Shown: positions 1 through 10,321 of the stretch, piece after piece
Layout: each line of letters opens with the position of its first letter
Numbering within the stretch: position 1 is the stretch's first letter
Origin: Candidatus Bathyarchaeia archaeon
GTDB lineage: Archaea; Thermoproteota; Bathyarchaeia; 40CM-2-53-6
Reading direction: 5' to 3'
Length of the DNA: 49,785 nucleotides
NCBI GenBank assembly: GCA_049586635.1
Contig: JBAVCK010000126.1
Coordinates: forward strand, 1 to 49,785
Made by a program: the position numbers and the translations under genes
The notes under the pieces: generated by a model
The model's database searches: none
What the model saw: only the letters and a program-made list of their open reading frames with translations
What the model was told of the DNA's origin: nothing

Positions 1-1
1 A

Positions 2-283
2 GGATGTGAAATCCAAAAACCGCTCTTTGAGAAACTAGCAAACCAAATCCAAGAGAAATACGGCGACCGAGTACAATTCGGTTCGGTTCACGTTTCGGAG
101 AATAACCAGTTTAGGGAGAAATTGCAAGATTTCCGGCGACTCCTCAGATTCGCGGCCTACCCAACCTACATGGTTCTACTCCGGACTGAAGTGGGTATTG
201 TGGAGACATACCGAGGTATTGAACCTCCGATGGAAGAGATAGCTCGAAACATTGACCTCGCGATGGAACTGGCACAACGATAA
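2..283 (+). CDS. thioredoxin-fold protein, 5'-truncated by window edge
   Basis: Open frame from the window edge to TAA at 281-283. Translation is GCEIQKPLFEKLANQIQEKYGDRVQFGSVHVSENNQF...AAYPTYMVLL...G, which has the layout of a thioredoxin-like fold downstream of a CxxC site. The N-terminus lies outside the window. Confidence 0.4.
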   Translation, partial: GCEIQKPLFEKLANQIQEKYGDRVQFGSVHVSENNQFREKLQDFRRLLRFAAYPTYMVLLRTEVGIVETYRGIEPPMEEIARNIDLAMELAQR

Positions 284-300
284 GAACGAAAGAAAACTTC

Positions 301-1209
301 TCAGATATGGCGCCCGGTCGGTTTCAAAGTCATGTAAACGCCGGCTAAGATCAGTACTGCGCCTACGCCAACATTCGGATCGGGAACTTCCTGCAGCACT
401 ATCCAACCCAACAGCAATGCCACGATGGGGTTCAGAAAAGTGATCATGGAAGTATTAGTGGCGGTAGTTTTCTTCAGAAGCCAGTATAGTCCGATGAATC
501 CGAGTGCGGAGCCGACTACGCCCAAGTAAAGGACGACCACGACTGCTACGGGCGTGAAATTGAGCGAAGTCGTTGATTCACTGACCAGGCCGAGAGACAG
601 CAGAGCAATGGCTCCAACTGCATGCTGAACCAGAACATTGGCAGCGGGGTCAATTCTCTCCGCGTGTCGCTTAGCAACCACATTGGCCAGCCCACCCGAA
701 GCTGCGCTTCCGACTACGGCCATGCTTCCCAGAACAGAATAGTGGCCGGCGAGGTTTTGAAATGATGCAATATCTCTCCAGAAAATTGCTACCAGGCCGA
801 AAAAGGATAGGATAATTCCTGCAGTTTTGATTCGTGTCAATTTCTCCGAGGTGAGGATATGGGCGAAGATAGCAACGAAGAAAGGTAGGGTGGCAAACAG
901 GACAGCGGATAAACCTGACGAGATGAACTCTTCGCCCCAGAATACCAACGCGTATGGTAGGCTGATCTGAAATGCCCCTAGAAACAGCATCACATTCCAA
1001 GAGGAATGGTCTCTGGGCATGCGAGCGTGAAGTATCTTCGCCAGGACGAGTAATGCAACGGTCGCTGTTGCGAAGCGAAGGCCCGCGAAGAGGAATGAAG
1101 GTAAGAATTCTAGACCGATCTTTATTCCAAGCCATGTTGAACCCCAGATTATGCAGAGTGCACTGAAGACTAGGCCTGGGGCTTTCGACTGCAAATGCTT
1201 CGGGTACAC
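301..1209 (-). CDS. EamA/DMT-family (drug/metabolite) transporter
   Basis: 302-aa ORF, polytopic (about 10 hydrophobic segments), with two EamA-like halves and a typical DMT N-terminus (ALCIIWGSTWLGIK). Confidence 0.8.
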   Translation of the reverse strand: MYPKHLQSKAPGLVFSALCIIWGSTWLGIKIGLEFLPSFLFAGLRFATATVALLVLAKILHARMPRDHSSWNVMLFLGAFQISLPYALVFWGEEFISSGLSAVLFATLPFFVAIFAHILTSEKLTRIKTAGIILSFFGLVAIFWRDIASFQNLAGHYSVLGSMAVVGSAASGGLANVVAKRHAERIDPAANVLVQHAVGAIALLSLGLVSESTTSLNFTPVAVVVVLYLGVVGSALGFIGLYWLLKKTTATNTSMITFLNPIVALLLGWIVLQEVPDPNVGVGAVLILAGVYMTLKPTGRHI

Positions 1210-1256
1210 CTGCGTGGACTGATTGGGGAGACTCTATTCTGGATTACGATGGGTTT

Positions 1257-2405
1257 TCAGTCGAACCAGGCTTTCATGCGGTCCTCCAAGAAATTTTGCT
1301 TCTGCCGGAATCCATCCTCACTCGGGGGCTCGAGTTCCCATTCCGGATTAGGCTGCGCATAGAAATTCGCGCGAAGCGGTGCGGCTATTCCATCTCCGGC
1401 TTCCATGAAGCAAACTCCTTGACCGTCAAAGGCGGCTGATTTCTCGGCGCCTTGGATTTCGTTAATTATATTCTGCGCTACAACCTTTCCTTGCTCTTCT
1501 GCTAAGACGCCTGCCCTAGGAAGCATGGCCCCTTTAGGCGTCTTGGGGTCAGCGCAGTCGCCGATCGCATAAACGTTCGGAATCTCCGTCGCTAGCGTCG
1601 CTGAATCTACCGGAATCCATCCGGACTCATCCAATAGTCTAGAATTCTTCAGCACTGAGGGGGCTACATGTATGGGAATCGCGAAAATCGCATCGTGCGG
1701 GATCTCTTTCCCTTCTTCAGTTAGGATACTCGTTTGTCGAATTTCTTTCACTTTTTGCGAGGGATAGTAGGCGATTTCTCGACTTGCGAGGAGCGTGGTT
1801 ACCCTCTTTCCGGCTTCAGAACCAAGTATACCGAGTGGGTGAGCCTCAGGGGTTACAATTTGCATTCTCACTTTGTCCCTGATCCCATTTTTCCTTAGGA
1901 CATCGTCTATGATCATTGATGCCTCGTAAGGTGCTGGGGGACACTTGAACGGCAACCCGCAAACAAGGACAGTCAATGTCCCTCCTCTAAGCGAAGGAAG
2001 CAGATCCCTAATCTCCGCGCAACCGCTCTCCGTATACATGTTCTTAGCATACCTAGCGAAGCCCTTTGGCGAGCCGAGCGAATAGTCGGCCCCCAACGCG
2101 ATAATCAGGTAGTCATAGGTGAAGCGCTCGGTTCCGATTCGAACTTCACGGTTTGCAAGGTCAATTTCGCTTACTTCACCTTCGACGAAATTGATCCCAC
2201 GCTTCGCCAACAGAGTTCTATTACCGGGATTCTGGCCCACTTGCCTTCTGCCGTTAATTACCCAGAGTTTTGTAAGACCCATGAAAAAGAGCGGTTGTTT
2301 GTCAACCAAGGTTACTGTATGCTCGGAGCTGAGGCCTTTCCGGAATTTGTTAGCCGCCGCTAGACCACCAAAGCCTCCGCCTAGAATTAGGATATTCTTG
2401 CCCAC
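1257..2405 (-). CDS. FAD-dependent pyridine nucleotide-disulfide oxidoreductase (sulfide:quinone oxidoreductase / NDH-2-like)
   Basis: N-terminal dinucleotide-binding motif ILILGGGFGGLAAA, a second Rossmann region, and a C-terminal AIGDCA motif. 382 aa. Confidence 0.75.
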   Translation of the reverse strand: MGKNILILGGGFGGLAAANKFRKGLSSEHTVTLVDKQPLFFMGLTKLWVINGRRQVGQNPGNRTLLAKRGINFVEGEVSEIDLANREVRIGTERFTYDYLIIALGADYSLGSPKGFARYAKNMYTESGCAEIRDLLPSLRGGTLTVLVCGLPFKCPPAPYEASMIIDDVLRKNGIRDKVRMQIVTPEAHPLGILGSEAGKRVTTLLASREIAYYPSQKVKEIRQTSILTEEGKEIPHDAIFAIPIHVAPSVLKNSRLLDESGWIPVDSATLATEIPNVYAIGDCADPKTPKGAMLPRAGVLAEEQGKVVAQNIINEIQGAEKSAAFDGQGVCFMEAGDGIAAPLRANFYAQPNPEWELEPPSEDGFRQKQNFLEDRMKAWFD

Positions 2406-2430
2406 GCCAATTTCACGACGAATATGGGTT

Positions 2431-2625
2431 CTATCTAATATCGATAACTACGACTGAAACCCGTTTCCCGCATCCCCGTTTCCCGATTTTCTGGCAGAAG
2501 ATGAAGTTCTCTAGGACTTGCCCTACGTTTGTTATGACCGACGTGTCGAAGGCGTCATACTTGCTGTCGAACTTCGCTTTGCATTCCAAACACCTTAGTT
2601 TTACGTGCGTTGTCTGTTGACTCAT
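2431..2625 (-). CDS. small Cys-containing hypothetical protein (possible zinc ribbon)
   Basis: 64-aa ORF with CLEC ... C-x7-C, lying directly upstream of and co-directional with the oxidoreductase gene. No recognisable family. Confidence 0.3.
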   Translation of the reverse strand: MSQQTTHVKLRCLECKAKFDSKYDAFDTSVITNVGQVLENFIFCQKIGKRGCGKRVSVVVIDIR

Positions 2626-2722
2626 TATCTATACTTCACAATTGAAAATGGGGATTCGGTCTTCTCCAATTGAAACCTTTCGGTCGATTCTCCCCCTGAA
2701 TTGGCCTACGGGGCTTGGCAAC

Positions 2723-3856
2723 CTAGGAGGATAGCTTGGGGAGGCTGTCCAGTGTCGAAAGCACGTCTCCGACGCGTCCCAAGCCTGAAATCAAACGTTC
2801 CCGCTCACAGCCGTAGCCTATTCGCAAATAATGGTCCATTCCGAACTGGTCACCAGGCACTACCAAAGTGCTCTTCTCCTGCAAGAGTCGCTCAGCGAGC
2901 CGGGTCGAGTTGATTTTAAGGAAATACTTCAAGTACGCGATAGCTCCGGCCTTGGGCGGAATGAATGACAAGTAATCGTGATGTTTGTCAACCCAACTCG
3001 TTAGAATTGGTAGATTCGAACGGAGTATCTCTCGCGTTCGCCCTAGGATCTTTGCTCGCATTTCGGGTTGCAAGGCCTTCCTTGCGATGTAATCGCTCAA
3101 AGCGCTCGGACCGATGGTTGTATAGTCATGGTAAGACCAGAGTTTAGTTGCTAACTCTTTGCTCGTCAATGCCCAGCCAACCCTGAGTCCTGGTAGGCCG
3201 TAGGCCTTCGACAACCCGTTAGTTACTATGATCTTATCGTACTTACCCCAGAATGTTGGAGTCTCCGACCCAGATAGTTCAGCGCCATGATACACCTCGT
3301 CGGAGAGGATCCACGCACCAGCCTGTTTCGCGACTTCGCAAATACCTTCAACCGCCTCCTCATCGAGAACCGCGCCAGTCGGATTGTTTGGGTTGCATAT
3401 GGCGATGAGCTTTGTCCTCTTTCTCACGATTTTTCTTAGAGCGCTTAGATTTGCTGCCCATTGACCTGCCTCCTCCCTGAGCCAGAACGGCTTGACCTTG
3501 GCTTGCATCGTTTTGGCCAAGCCCCAGACTTGCATGTAGTTTGGTAGCATCACAACAACTTCAGCGCCTCGCTTCAGGAAAGACCAGAGGCAGACGAAGA
3601 TTGCCTCAGAGCTACCATTTGTCACCAACAAGTTATCGGCCGATGCTTTCGAGTATATGGCCGCGATTGTCTTTCTCAGTTCCTCGGTTCCATTTGTTTG
3701 ACTGTATCCTAGGGATTGGGTGAGTATAACGGACGCGTCGCCGTCAAGCAACTCGTGGAGCTTGAGCGGTTCCACGCCGCTCTCTGACAGATTGTATTCG
3801 ACTTGGTGCTCCCATGTAGATTGCCAACGCTCCAATTCAAAAGGCTGAAGCTTCAT
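2723..3856 (-). CDS. PLP-dependent aminotransferase, class I/II
   Basis: The ORF runs to 3922, but the conserved N-terminus MKLQPFELERWQ...YNLSESGV begins at the ATG at 3856. SKAYGLPGLRVGW carries the PLP-lysine motif, and NPNNPTG is present. Confidence 0.8.
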   Translation of the reverse strand: MKLQPFELERWQSTWEHQVEYNLSESGVEPLKLHELLDGDASVILTQSLGYSQTNGTEELRKTIAAIYSKASADNLLVTNGSSEAIFVCLWSFLKRGAEVVVMLPNYMQVWGLAKTMQAKVKPFWLREEAGQWAANLSALRKIVRKRTKLIAICNPNNPTGAVLDEEAVEGICEVAKQAGAWILSDEVYHGAELSGSETPTFWGKYDKIIVTNGLSKAYGLPGLRVGWALTSKELATKLWSYHDYTTIGPSALSDYIARKALQPEMRAKILGRTREILRSNLPILTSWVDKHHDYLSFIPPKAGAIAYLKYFLKINSTRLAERLLQEKSTLVVPGDQFGMDHYLRIGYGCERERLISGLGRVGDVLSTLDSLPKLSS

Positions 3857-3921
3857 AACTTCCAACGAGCCTATGGCCCACGAGGCCCGATAACAACCTT
3901 TCCAGAGATGTAGAATCGACA

Positions 3922-4584
3922 ATGATGGAAGGCTCCCCGATAGCGGCGTCGCTCGAACATGCCGTTTACTATCCTACCCAGAAAGCCGAGCGATATGCAG
4001 CTGTTGTCGCATTGCATGGTCGTGGAACCGACGAGTACGATTTGATACCACTCGTGAGTTCGCTTGGTTTGACTGACGTTCTTGTTATTTCTCCACGTGC
4101 ACCGCGACCATTCCAGTTTGGTGGAGGATTCGCTTGGTACGACGTAAGCCAGGAGGGAGTGCCACATGCTCAGACGTTCGTTTCGAGCCTCGACATTTTA
4201 CGTCGGTTCATAGACGAGATCAGGGCGGGTTACCCTGTGAACCCTGAACGGGTCATGCTCCTAGGTTTCAGTCAGGGAACTATCATGGCCTATGCCGTAT
4301 CGTTAATGGACCCAGCTTCGTTTCTCGGAATCGCCGCCTTGAGCGGTTACATCCCGCAACGCTCCGGCTTGTCACTCACCCTAGAAAATCTCGGCAGCTT
4401 TTCCGCCTTCGTCTCCCACGGAACATACGACCAAATCATACCCGTACGCCTAGCCCGTGAATCCGCGGAGCTGCTGAAGAAGGCCGGAGCCCGCGTAGAC
4501 TATCGAGAGTATCCAATGGGGCACGAGGTTAGCGAAGAAACGGTTCGAGACCTGTCCGCTTGGGCCAAGAACCTATTGCAATAA
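3922..4584 (+). CDS. phospholipase/carboxylesterase-family alpha/beta hydrolase
   Basis: 220 aa with a GFSQGT nucleophile elbow (GxSxG), ALHGRG near the N-terminus, and a C-terminal His (MGHEV). Confidence 0.8.
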   Translation: MMEGSPIAASLEHAVYYPTQKAERYAAVVALHGRGTDEYDLIPLVSSLGLTDVLVISPRAPRPFQFGGGFAWYDVSQEGVPHAQTFVSSLDILRRFIDEIRAGYPVNPERVMLLGFSQGTIMAYAVSLMDPASFLGIAALSGYIPQRSGLSLTLENLGSFSAFVSHGTYDQIIPVRLARESAELLKKAGARVDYREYPMGHEVSEETVRDLSAWAKNLLQ

Positions 4585-5273
4585 GACCCCATGGCTTGAC
4601 TCATGAAGGGCGAAGTTTAATTCAACTTGATGTGGGGATAGCAGTGCGGGTAGGAGTATTGGGCACTAAGCCGCTGCAACCTCGAGAGGTAGCGCTCACA
4701 GCCGTGATGACGGCTGCGACAGCGGCCGTTACTATGGTCATCAGCATACCTTTCCCGCCCACTCGTGGTTACTTCAACCTAGGTGATGCGATGGTCATGC
4801 TCGCAGGCTTGCTATTCGGCGCAAGGCTCGGTGGTATTGCGGGTGGCGTTGGCTCGGCAATCTCTGACATTCTCTTGGGCTATGCGTACTTCTCGCCGTT
4901 AACACTCTTCATCAAAGGGACTGAAGGTTTCCTAACTGGCCTAATCGGAAACAATAGGAGACTTCCTCTCAAGGTGGCTGGTGTGGTGGCGGGCGCAATT
5001 GCGATGTTGCTTGGCTACTTTTCTGTGGAAACCCCGTTGTACGGAGTTGGCGCCGCTTTTGCGGAACTCGTAACCATAAACTCTCTTCAGGTCTTGTCGG
5101 GAGCAGTGGTATCACTGCTGTTGTGCCAAGCTATACTGAAAGCCTACCCGGACATCAAATTCCTCCAACCGAGGCATGAAGGCCTCCGGGTGGGTGTCAT
5201 AATGGTGATCGTGGCTACGCTGGTCCTAGCTGGGATCGTCGGAGTCTACTTATTGACGGGTATTTCGCCTTGA
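4560..5273 (+). CDS. ECF-transporter S-component-like integral membrane protein
   Basis: Polytopic. The NLGDAMVMLAGLLFG...GGVGSAISDIL and IKGTEGFLTGL motifs resemble ECF substrate-capture components. The true start is probably downstream, because the listed start overlaps the previous gene by 25 nt. Confidence 0.55.
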   Translation: MGQEPIAIRPHGLTHEGRSLIQLDVGIAVRVGVLGTKPLQPREVALTAVMTAATAAVTMVISIPFPPTRGYFNLGDAMVMLAGLLFGARLGGIAGGVGSAISDILLGYAYFSPLTLFIKGTEGFLTGLIGNNRRLPLKVAGVVAGAIAMLLGYFSVETPLYGVGAAFAELVTINSLQVLSGAVVSLLLCQAILKAYPDIKFLQPRHEGLRVGVIMVIVATLVLAGIVGVYLLTGISP

Positions 5274-5333
5274 GGCGCTATTGAGACTCTCAAGACAGCC
5301 TAATCCATCTCGACTTCTTCTCTTGGTCCGTCC

Positions 5334-5987
5334 TCACCGCCTTAGGGCGCTTTCCGGTGGACGCTCTAACACGGCTAGGAAGTCTCTCATCGAATCAACT
5401 GACAGGTTCAAAGACCCGATCTTCAATTCCTCTCCATCCTTCACACCGTCTTCCAGCAGCTTTCTGCTCAACTCATACGGTCCCGCCAAATAGACAGAGC
5501 GCATCCCCTTCCTATCTTCTCTCCAAACGGTAACGCCTTCTTGCTCCATTCGGAACATGTCGTAAGCCTCTCCGGACAGATGCCGTTCGTATTCACCGCT
5601 CGGTAACCTCGTAAAGTCTCCCATATGCACTTCCAAGGAGTTCGGTAATGACGGGCTGGGCGTCGCAGGGATTGTTACTGGCGGCGCTAAATTCTCGGGG
5701 TAGAGTTTTGGCTGTGCAAAGGGGACGGTCAATTTTGCTTCTTCTACATCCGGCTGGGGCGAAGTGGGCTGCGTTCCTGTTGGCGCCGCCACTGAACCAG
5801 GTCTAAGCAAGTAATAGAGTGAAATGAAAACTGCCACGGAGCCTCCCACGAGAAAGTTGGCGCCTAGGAACTGCGAAGTTAGCTCCCGTGCTCCTGGGAA
5901 TCCGGCGGCAACTAAACTGAAACCATAATCAATCAACACAAAGCCGCATGCGACGCCAAGGATCTCGTAGAACCGCCGTGAAACCAA
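5334..5987 (-). CDS. hypothetical membrane-anchored protein with Pro-rich linker
   Basis: 217 aa: two N-terminal TM helices, a P/T/S-rich linker, and a charged C-terminal domain. No family recognised. Confidence 0.5.
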   Translation of the reverse strand: MVSRRFYEILGVACGFVLIDYGFSLVAAGFPGARELTSQFLGANFLVGGSVAVFISLYYLLRPGSVAAPTGTQPTSPQPDVEEAKLTVPFAQPKLYPENLAPPVTIPATPSPSLPNSLEVHMGDFTRLPSGEYERHLSGEAYDMFRMEQEGVTVWREDRKGMRSVYLAGPYELSRKLLEDGVKDGEELKIGSLNLSVDSMRDFLAVLERPPESALRR

Positions 5988-6084
5988 GGATATTCGAACT
6001 CTGCGAAAAGTAAACGGTAGCTAATAAGAATAATAAGAATACGATTTCTGTTGCCTGAATCGATTCACAAGTCTTTACCGAAAA

Positions 6085-6450
6085 ATGCCAAGCGCCTTCG
6101 TCGCCATTTTCGGGATGCCAGCCGTATTTGGGCTGACGCTTGGCCAATTCATAGCAAACCTTGGCGTCGAAGCATCACCGATAGCCACGTTATCCCCGTT
6201 ATTCTCGTTCATCGGCCTCCTAGTAATCTACTATGCACGGAGGTTTACTACCCTTGCAGGTTGCCTAGCCCACGTAGCCATAACGTCGCTTTGGCTGACC
6301 TACCTTTTGCCAATTGTTTCAGGGATTTCAACAATTGAAGCCGGGTACTCAGCATTCATCTGCCAATTTATCGCGGTCATGATAGGATATTGTGCATATG
6401 TCTTAGTATGCAAAACTATTCGCACCAGCCCCCCACCCGCAAGTAATTGA
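6085..6450 (+). CDS. hypothetical small membrane protein
   Basis: 121-aa ORF with about 4 hydrophobic helices. A competing ORF at 6051-6338 in another frame looks non-proteinaceous. Confidence 0.45.
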   Translation: MPSAFVAIFGMPAVFGLTLGQFIANLGVEASPIATLSPLFSFIGLLVIYYARRFTTLAGCLAHVAITSLWLTYLLPIVSGISTIEAGYSAFICQFIAVMIGYCAYVLVCKTIRTSPPPASN

Positions 6451-6720
6451 AGCCCCAGTCTCCTTCGTGCGCATCCTTACATCGCCATCTGAGGTTACTT
6501 GCAGAACTCATCTATGTCGTGTAAGAGCGATGTCTGTTCTCCCTTGTCCAATCCTCTGCTCACCAGTATGACAATTGGACTATTGGATTCAACCGACCGC
6601 CAATATAGTTTCTGTACAACCTACGTCGGAGTTGTTTTCACTTCCACGCCGCGAACTAGCTCTTTACATATGACTTCAGCAGCTCTCACGAGCAGCGCTC
6701 ACAGTTTGGGTGCAAGCATA

Positions 6721-7791
6721 ATGGCAAAGATTCGCGTTGCAATCGTTGGCGTGGGCAACTGCGCATCCTCCCTCGTCCAAGGCGTAGAATTCTACAAGGA
6801 TGCCAAGGAGAATCAGTTCATTCCGGGATTGATGCACGTTAGGTTAGGAGGCTATCACGTTCGTGACGTGACCTTCACCGCCGCCTTTGACATCGACAAG
6901 AACAAGGTTGGGAAGGATCTAGCCGACGCAATTTACACGAAACCCAACAACACGATAAAGTTCAGCAACGTCCCGAAGCTCGGCGTCGAGGTTCAACGAG
7001 GCATGACCCACGATGGGTTAGGAAAATACCTGAGCAAGGTCATAGAGAAACATCCGTCCCACACAGTAGACGTAAGCCACGTTTTGAAGGAAACTAAAAC
7101 GGATATTGTCCTCAATTATCTTCCCGTTGGCAGCGAGTTCGCCACGAAATGGTACGTGGAACAGGCGCTAGATGCAGGGTGCGCAGTCGTAAACTGCATC
7201 CCCGTCTTCATAGCAAGAGAAAAGCGATGGCAGCAAGTGTTTGAGAAACGCGGCCTTCCAATAATCGGCGATGATATCAAATCACAAGTCGGCGCAACAA
7301 TTGTTCATAGGGTTCTCACTCAACTCTTCAAAGACCGTGGTGTCAAACTTGAACGCACCATGCAGCTCAATGTGGGCGGAAACACAGATTTCCTCAACAT
7401 GCTGGAACGGGAGAGGCTGGAAAGTAAGAAGATCTCAAAGACCGGCGCAGTGACCTCAGTACTCGACTATAAGATGAATCCTGACAACGTGCACATTGGC
7501 CCGAGCGATTACGTGCCGTGGCTGTTGGATCGCAAATGGGCCTACATCCGCTTAGAGGGGACCACCTTCGGAAACGTCCCACTGAACATTGAAACCAAGC
7601 TTGAAGTCTGGGATTCCCCGAACAGCGCAGGCGTTGTGATCGATGCCATCAGATGCGCCAAGCTGGCATTGGATAGAGGCATCGCCGGAGCATTGAAGGC
7701 ACCTTCGGCGTACTTTATGAAATCTCCGCCAGAACAATACCCCGACGATGTAGCCAGACGCATGCTCGAAGAATTCATCCGAGGCAAATGA
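6721..7791 (+). CDS. ino1: myo-inositol-1-phosphate (inositol-3-phosphate) synthase, archaeal type
   Basis: [21 protein letters not shown] (NAD-binding) starts at the ATG at 6721. The conserved blocks [10 protein letters not shown] and SKKISK are present. The upstream 74 codons of the ORF are Ser/Thr-rich and unlikely to be coding. Confidence 0.9.
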   Translation: MAKIRVAIVGVGNCASSLVQGVEFYKDAKENQFIPGLMHVRLGGYHVRDVTFTAAFDIDKNKVGKDLADAIYTKPNNTIKFSNVPKLGVEVQRGMTHDGLGKYLSKVIEKHPSHTVDVSHVLKETKTDIVLNYLPVGSEFATKWYVEQALDAGCAVVNCIPVFIAREKRWQQVFEKRGLPIIGDDIKSQVGATIVHRVLTQLFKDRGVKLERTMQLNVGGNTDFLNMLERERLESKKISKTGAVTSVLDYKMNPDNVHIGPSDYVPWLLDRKWAYIRLEGTTFGNVPLNIETKLEVWDSPNSAGVVIDAIRCAKLALDRGIAGALKAPSAYFMKSPPEQYPDDVARRMLEEFIRGK

Positions 7792-7830
7792 AGCGGGACA
7801 AGAACTCTCGGCGTTTCTGTTGCGAAATAA

Positions 7831-8481
7831 TCATGCCATCAACGTCAGAGCGGCAGCCATAGCTCCGTGCTCAGCTGTCGCCCTATCGGGAGCGCTGCTT
7901 AGGACCACTACGTCACCCACCTCTGGGCTGAACAGTTTTCTCAAGTCCTGGAAGAGCGGATCATCTCGGCTCAGTCTCCAATCCTCAGTCTCACTCATCG
8001 GCATCGAGAATTCTCGACCCTGAAACACGAGTGTGCAAGCTCCTGTCGCTCCAGCCCGTATGGCGGCATCTCTCTGCTCGATACCCTTCTTCACGATACG
8101 CCCTACTCGCCTGACTGAGACAGCCGCACTGACTCTGTCGAGGGCAAACTGCTTCGCCTCTACTGGGGAGACCTTCGAAACTCTTGACCTCAGTGATTTG
8201 TAAAGTGGTGCTCCGCGCTTCGTCAACACGCACCCGCTTTTCGTGACTTTAATCAAGTTTGCTTGCATCAGATGCTTTATGATCGTACGTGCCGCACCCT
8301 CGCCAACCCCTAATCTCTTTGAAAGCTCAATTCTCCCGATCTGGCCTTCATCTCCAATTGTAAGAACTGCCTGAGCTACGTCAACATGCGTGAAGGCAGG
8401 AGCTGGCCCCGGGCTTGGTTGTCGCGAGAGCGTTTGCAGGATTTGAAGAATTCTCCCGGAGGCCATTCGCGGCGGCGCCAC
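7831..8481 (-). CDS. winged-helix DNA-binding protein (DUF4443-like)
   Basis: 216 aa. The N-terminal wHTH (IGRIELSKRLGVGEGAARTIIKHLMQANLIKV) is followed by a conserved C-terminal domain. Confidence 0.55.
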   Translation of the reverse strand: MAPPRMASGRILQILQTLSRQPSPGPAPAFTHVDVAQAVLTIGDEGQIGRIELSKRLGVGEGAARTIIKHLMQANLIKVTKSGCVLTKRGAPLYKSLRSRVSKVSPVEAKQFALDRVSAAVSVRRVGRIVKKGIEQRDAAIRAGATGACTLVFQGREFSMPMSETEDWRLSRDDPLFQDLRKLFSPEVGDVVVLSSAPDRATAEHGAMAAALTLMA

Positions 8482-8484
8482 TGA

Positions 8485-9675
8485 TTATGCCCTTGTTTTT
8501 GCTGGCAGCCTCTGTTTCGGCTTTTCACTGAGCTTCTTAATGCGCCGCTTGACTTCTTGCAAGGTCGTATCTTTCTTACAGTACGCTATGCGAACCTTTC
8601 GTCTGCCCAGCTCCTTGTCGTGGCAGAGAGCGCTCGCGGGCAACACGGCCAACCCAACAGTCTTCAGTAGGTAATCGGTGAATTGTTCCCCATCCTTGAA
8701 TTGGTCGGGGGCGTTCACCAGAATGTAGTAAGCACCCTCTGGCCTGTGGTATTGAAGCCCGGTTTCGTCGAGGATTTTCATCATCGTCCTGCGTTTTCTG
8801 TCATATGCTTCTGAAAGTCTATCGTAATACGAGGGTGAAAAGTTCAGAGCGGTGACGAGAGCTTCTTGCAACGGGGTTGGGGCACAGATAGTTAAATAAT
8901 CGTGAACCTTTCGCAGGGCATTCGTGAGTTTTGCTTCCGCTATGGCCCAACCAACCCTCCATCCTGTGACACTGTAAGTCTTTGATGCGCCACTAACAGT
9001 TACGGTTCGCTCATGCATATTGCCTAAAGATGCTAGGCTTACATGTTTCTTGCCATCGTAAATGATGTGCTCGTATATCTCGTCCGTAACAGCGATTGTC
9101 TTTTCTTCTTCGCATAAGTCCGCAATCAGTTTCAATTGCTCTGTGCTCATCACTTTTCCTGTTGGGTTGTTGGGAGTGTTTAGGACGAGCAGTTTGGGAC
9201 GGGTTGCCATGGCGTTCTTTAGAGCCTCTTCGTCGAGCAGCAGATTACGCCCCACGAAGGGGACGTAGGTTAGTTCGCAGTTCGCCATGATTGCGTCTGG
9301 AACATAGTTCTCATAGAAGGGGTCCGGGACCACGATTCGATCGCCGGGATTTGTTAAACCGAAAATTGCGGCGGCGAGGGCTTCGGTTGAACCGCATGTG
9401 ATTGTAACGTTCTTTTCGGGATCGGCCTCAATGCTGTTGTAATCCTTGACTTTGTTAGCAACTGCCTCCCTAAGGCCCTTGTACCCCCATGTGTTCGCAT
9501 ACTGGTTCGAGCCGTGTCTTATCGCTTCAACTGCTGCCTCGATCAGGTTTGGGGGTGCTGCGAAATCTGGCATGCCTTCGGCGAGGTTTATTGCCCCATA
9601 TTCATCACTCAAACTAGTCATTTCAGCGATAACAGACTCAGTGATGAAACCAAGCTTCGCCGCCAAGAAAGACAC
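8485..9675 (-). CDS. PLP-dependent aminotransferase, class I/II (aspartate/kynurenine aminotransferase-like)
   Basis: 396 aa with NTPNNPTG, SGASKTYSVTGWRVGW (PLP Lys) and an N-terminal INLAEGMPDF motif. Confidence 0.85.
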   Translation of the reverse strand: MSFLAAKLGFITESVIAEMTSLSDEYGAINLAEGMPDFAAPPNLIEAAVEAIRHGSNQYANTWGYKGLREAVANKVKDYNSIEADPEKNVTITCGSTEALAAAIFGLTNPGDRIVVPDPFYENYVPDAIMANCELTYVPFVGRNLLLDEEALKNAMATRPKLLVLNTPNNPTGKVMSTEQLKLIADLCEEEKTIAVTDEIYEHIIYDGKKHVSLASLGNMHERTVTVSGASKTYSVTGWRVGWAIAEAKLTNALRKVHDYLTICAPTPLQEALVTALNFSPSYYDRLSEAYDRKRRTMMKILDETGLQYHRPEGAYYILVNAPDQFKDGEQFTDYLLKTVGLAVLPASALCHDKELGRRKVRIAYCKKDTTLQEVKRRIKKLSEKPKQRLPAKTRA

Positions 9676-9828
9676 TCAGCCGACATGATGAGGATTGGGG
9701 TTTTAAATTAACCCCACTAAAGTGCATTAGATTTGGTGCTAGAGCGCCCTCTTGGCCTGCAACATAGGCAATACGCCACGGGCGGAATCTCCGATGCCTA
9801 AGCAAAGCTTGCGATGGAAACAGGCCGA

Positions 9829-9981
9829 TCAGTAGTGCAGACCGCAATATCCGCAGTAGAATCGGTTATAGTACGGAATCTCGGTCAACTCACGACCGCA
9901 CTCTTCACATACATAGACATAATCGCCACTCTCTGCCACTGGTACTTCTTCAATCAACTCATACTCACCAACCTCTTGCAA
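9829..9981 (-). CDS. small zinc-ribbon protein (TTG start), tentative
   Basis: Hand-translated 50-codon frame: (M)QEVGEYELIEEVPVAESGDYVYVCEECGRELTEIPYYNRFYCGYCGLHY-stop. It has two CxxC pairs. Too short for the ORF track. Confidence 0.3.
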   Translation of the reverse strand: MQEVGEYELIEEVPVAESGDYVYVCEECGRELTEIPYYNRFYCGYCGLHY

Positions 9982-10219
9982 GGGAGAACACGTAACCGCA
10001 TGTCTTGAGCCAATTGCTCAAAAGCCTTTCGTGCGACACGGCTGGGCCCATACTCGCCAAGTTAACCCTCCCAGGCGATACCACACATACTGTGTCAAGG
10101 TTGTCAACGTTCGTCGAACGAGACTTTCACTCCGACGCCTATTGAATTTGCAATCTAGAAATCTTCTTTACTTAAGCTGTGCGCAATAGCGGGTTGCTAT
10201 GCTAGGCGAAGCTTTCTCC

Positions 10220-10321
10220 GGGGGCGTAGTCTAGCATGGTTATGATACGCGGCTTGGGCCCGCGTGAGTTGCCTAAACCGCAACCGCGAAGTCCTGGGTT
10301 CAAATCCCAGCGCCCCCACCA
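10220..10321 (+). tRNA. tRNA-Pro(UGG) with one 24-nt intron; genomically encoded CCA
   Basis: Acceptor GGGGGCG/CGCCCCC, anticodon arm CGCGG-CTTGGGC-CCGCG (anticodon TGG), T arm CTGGG-TTCAAAT-CCCAG, and 3' ACCA. There are 24 extra nt (hairpin GTTGC-CTAAACC-GCAAC) between the anticodon loop and the variable loop. The insertion position is ambiguous (38/39 to 43/44) because CCGCG is duplicated. Confidence 0.85.

Noticed and set aside
6499-6720. 74-codon N-terminal extension of the inositol-3-phosphate synthase ORF
   Set aside because: The extension is Ser/Thr/Cys-rich and has no counterpart in the family. The conserved NAD-binding N-terminus starts at the ATG at 6721.
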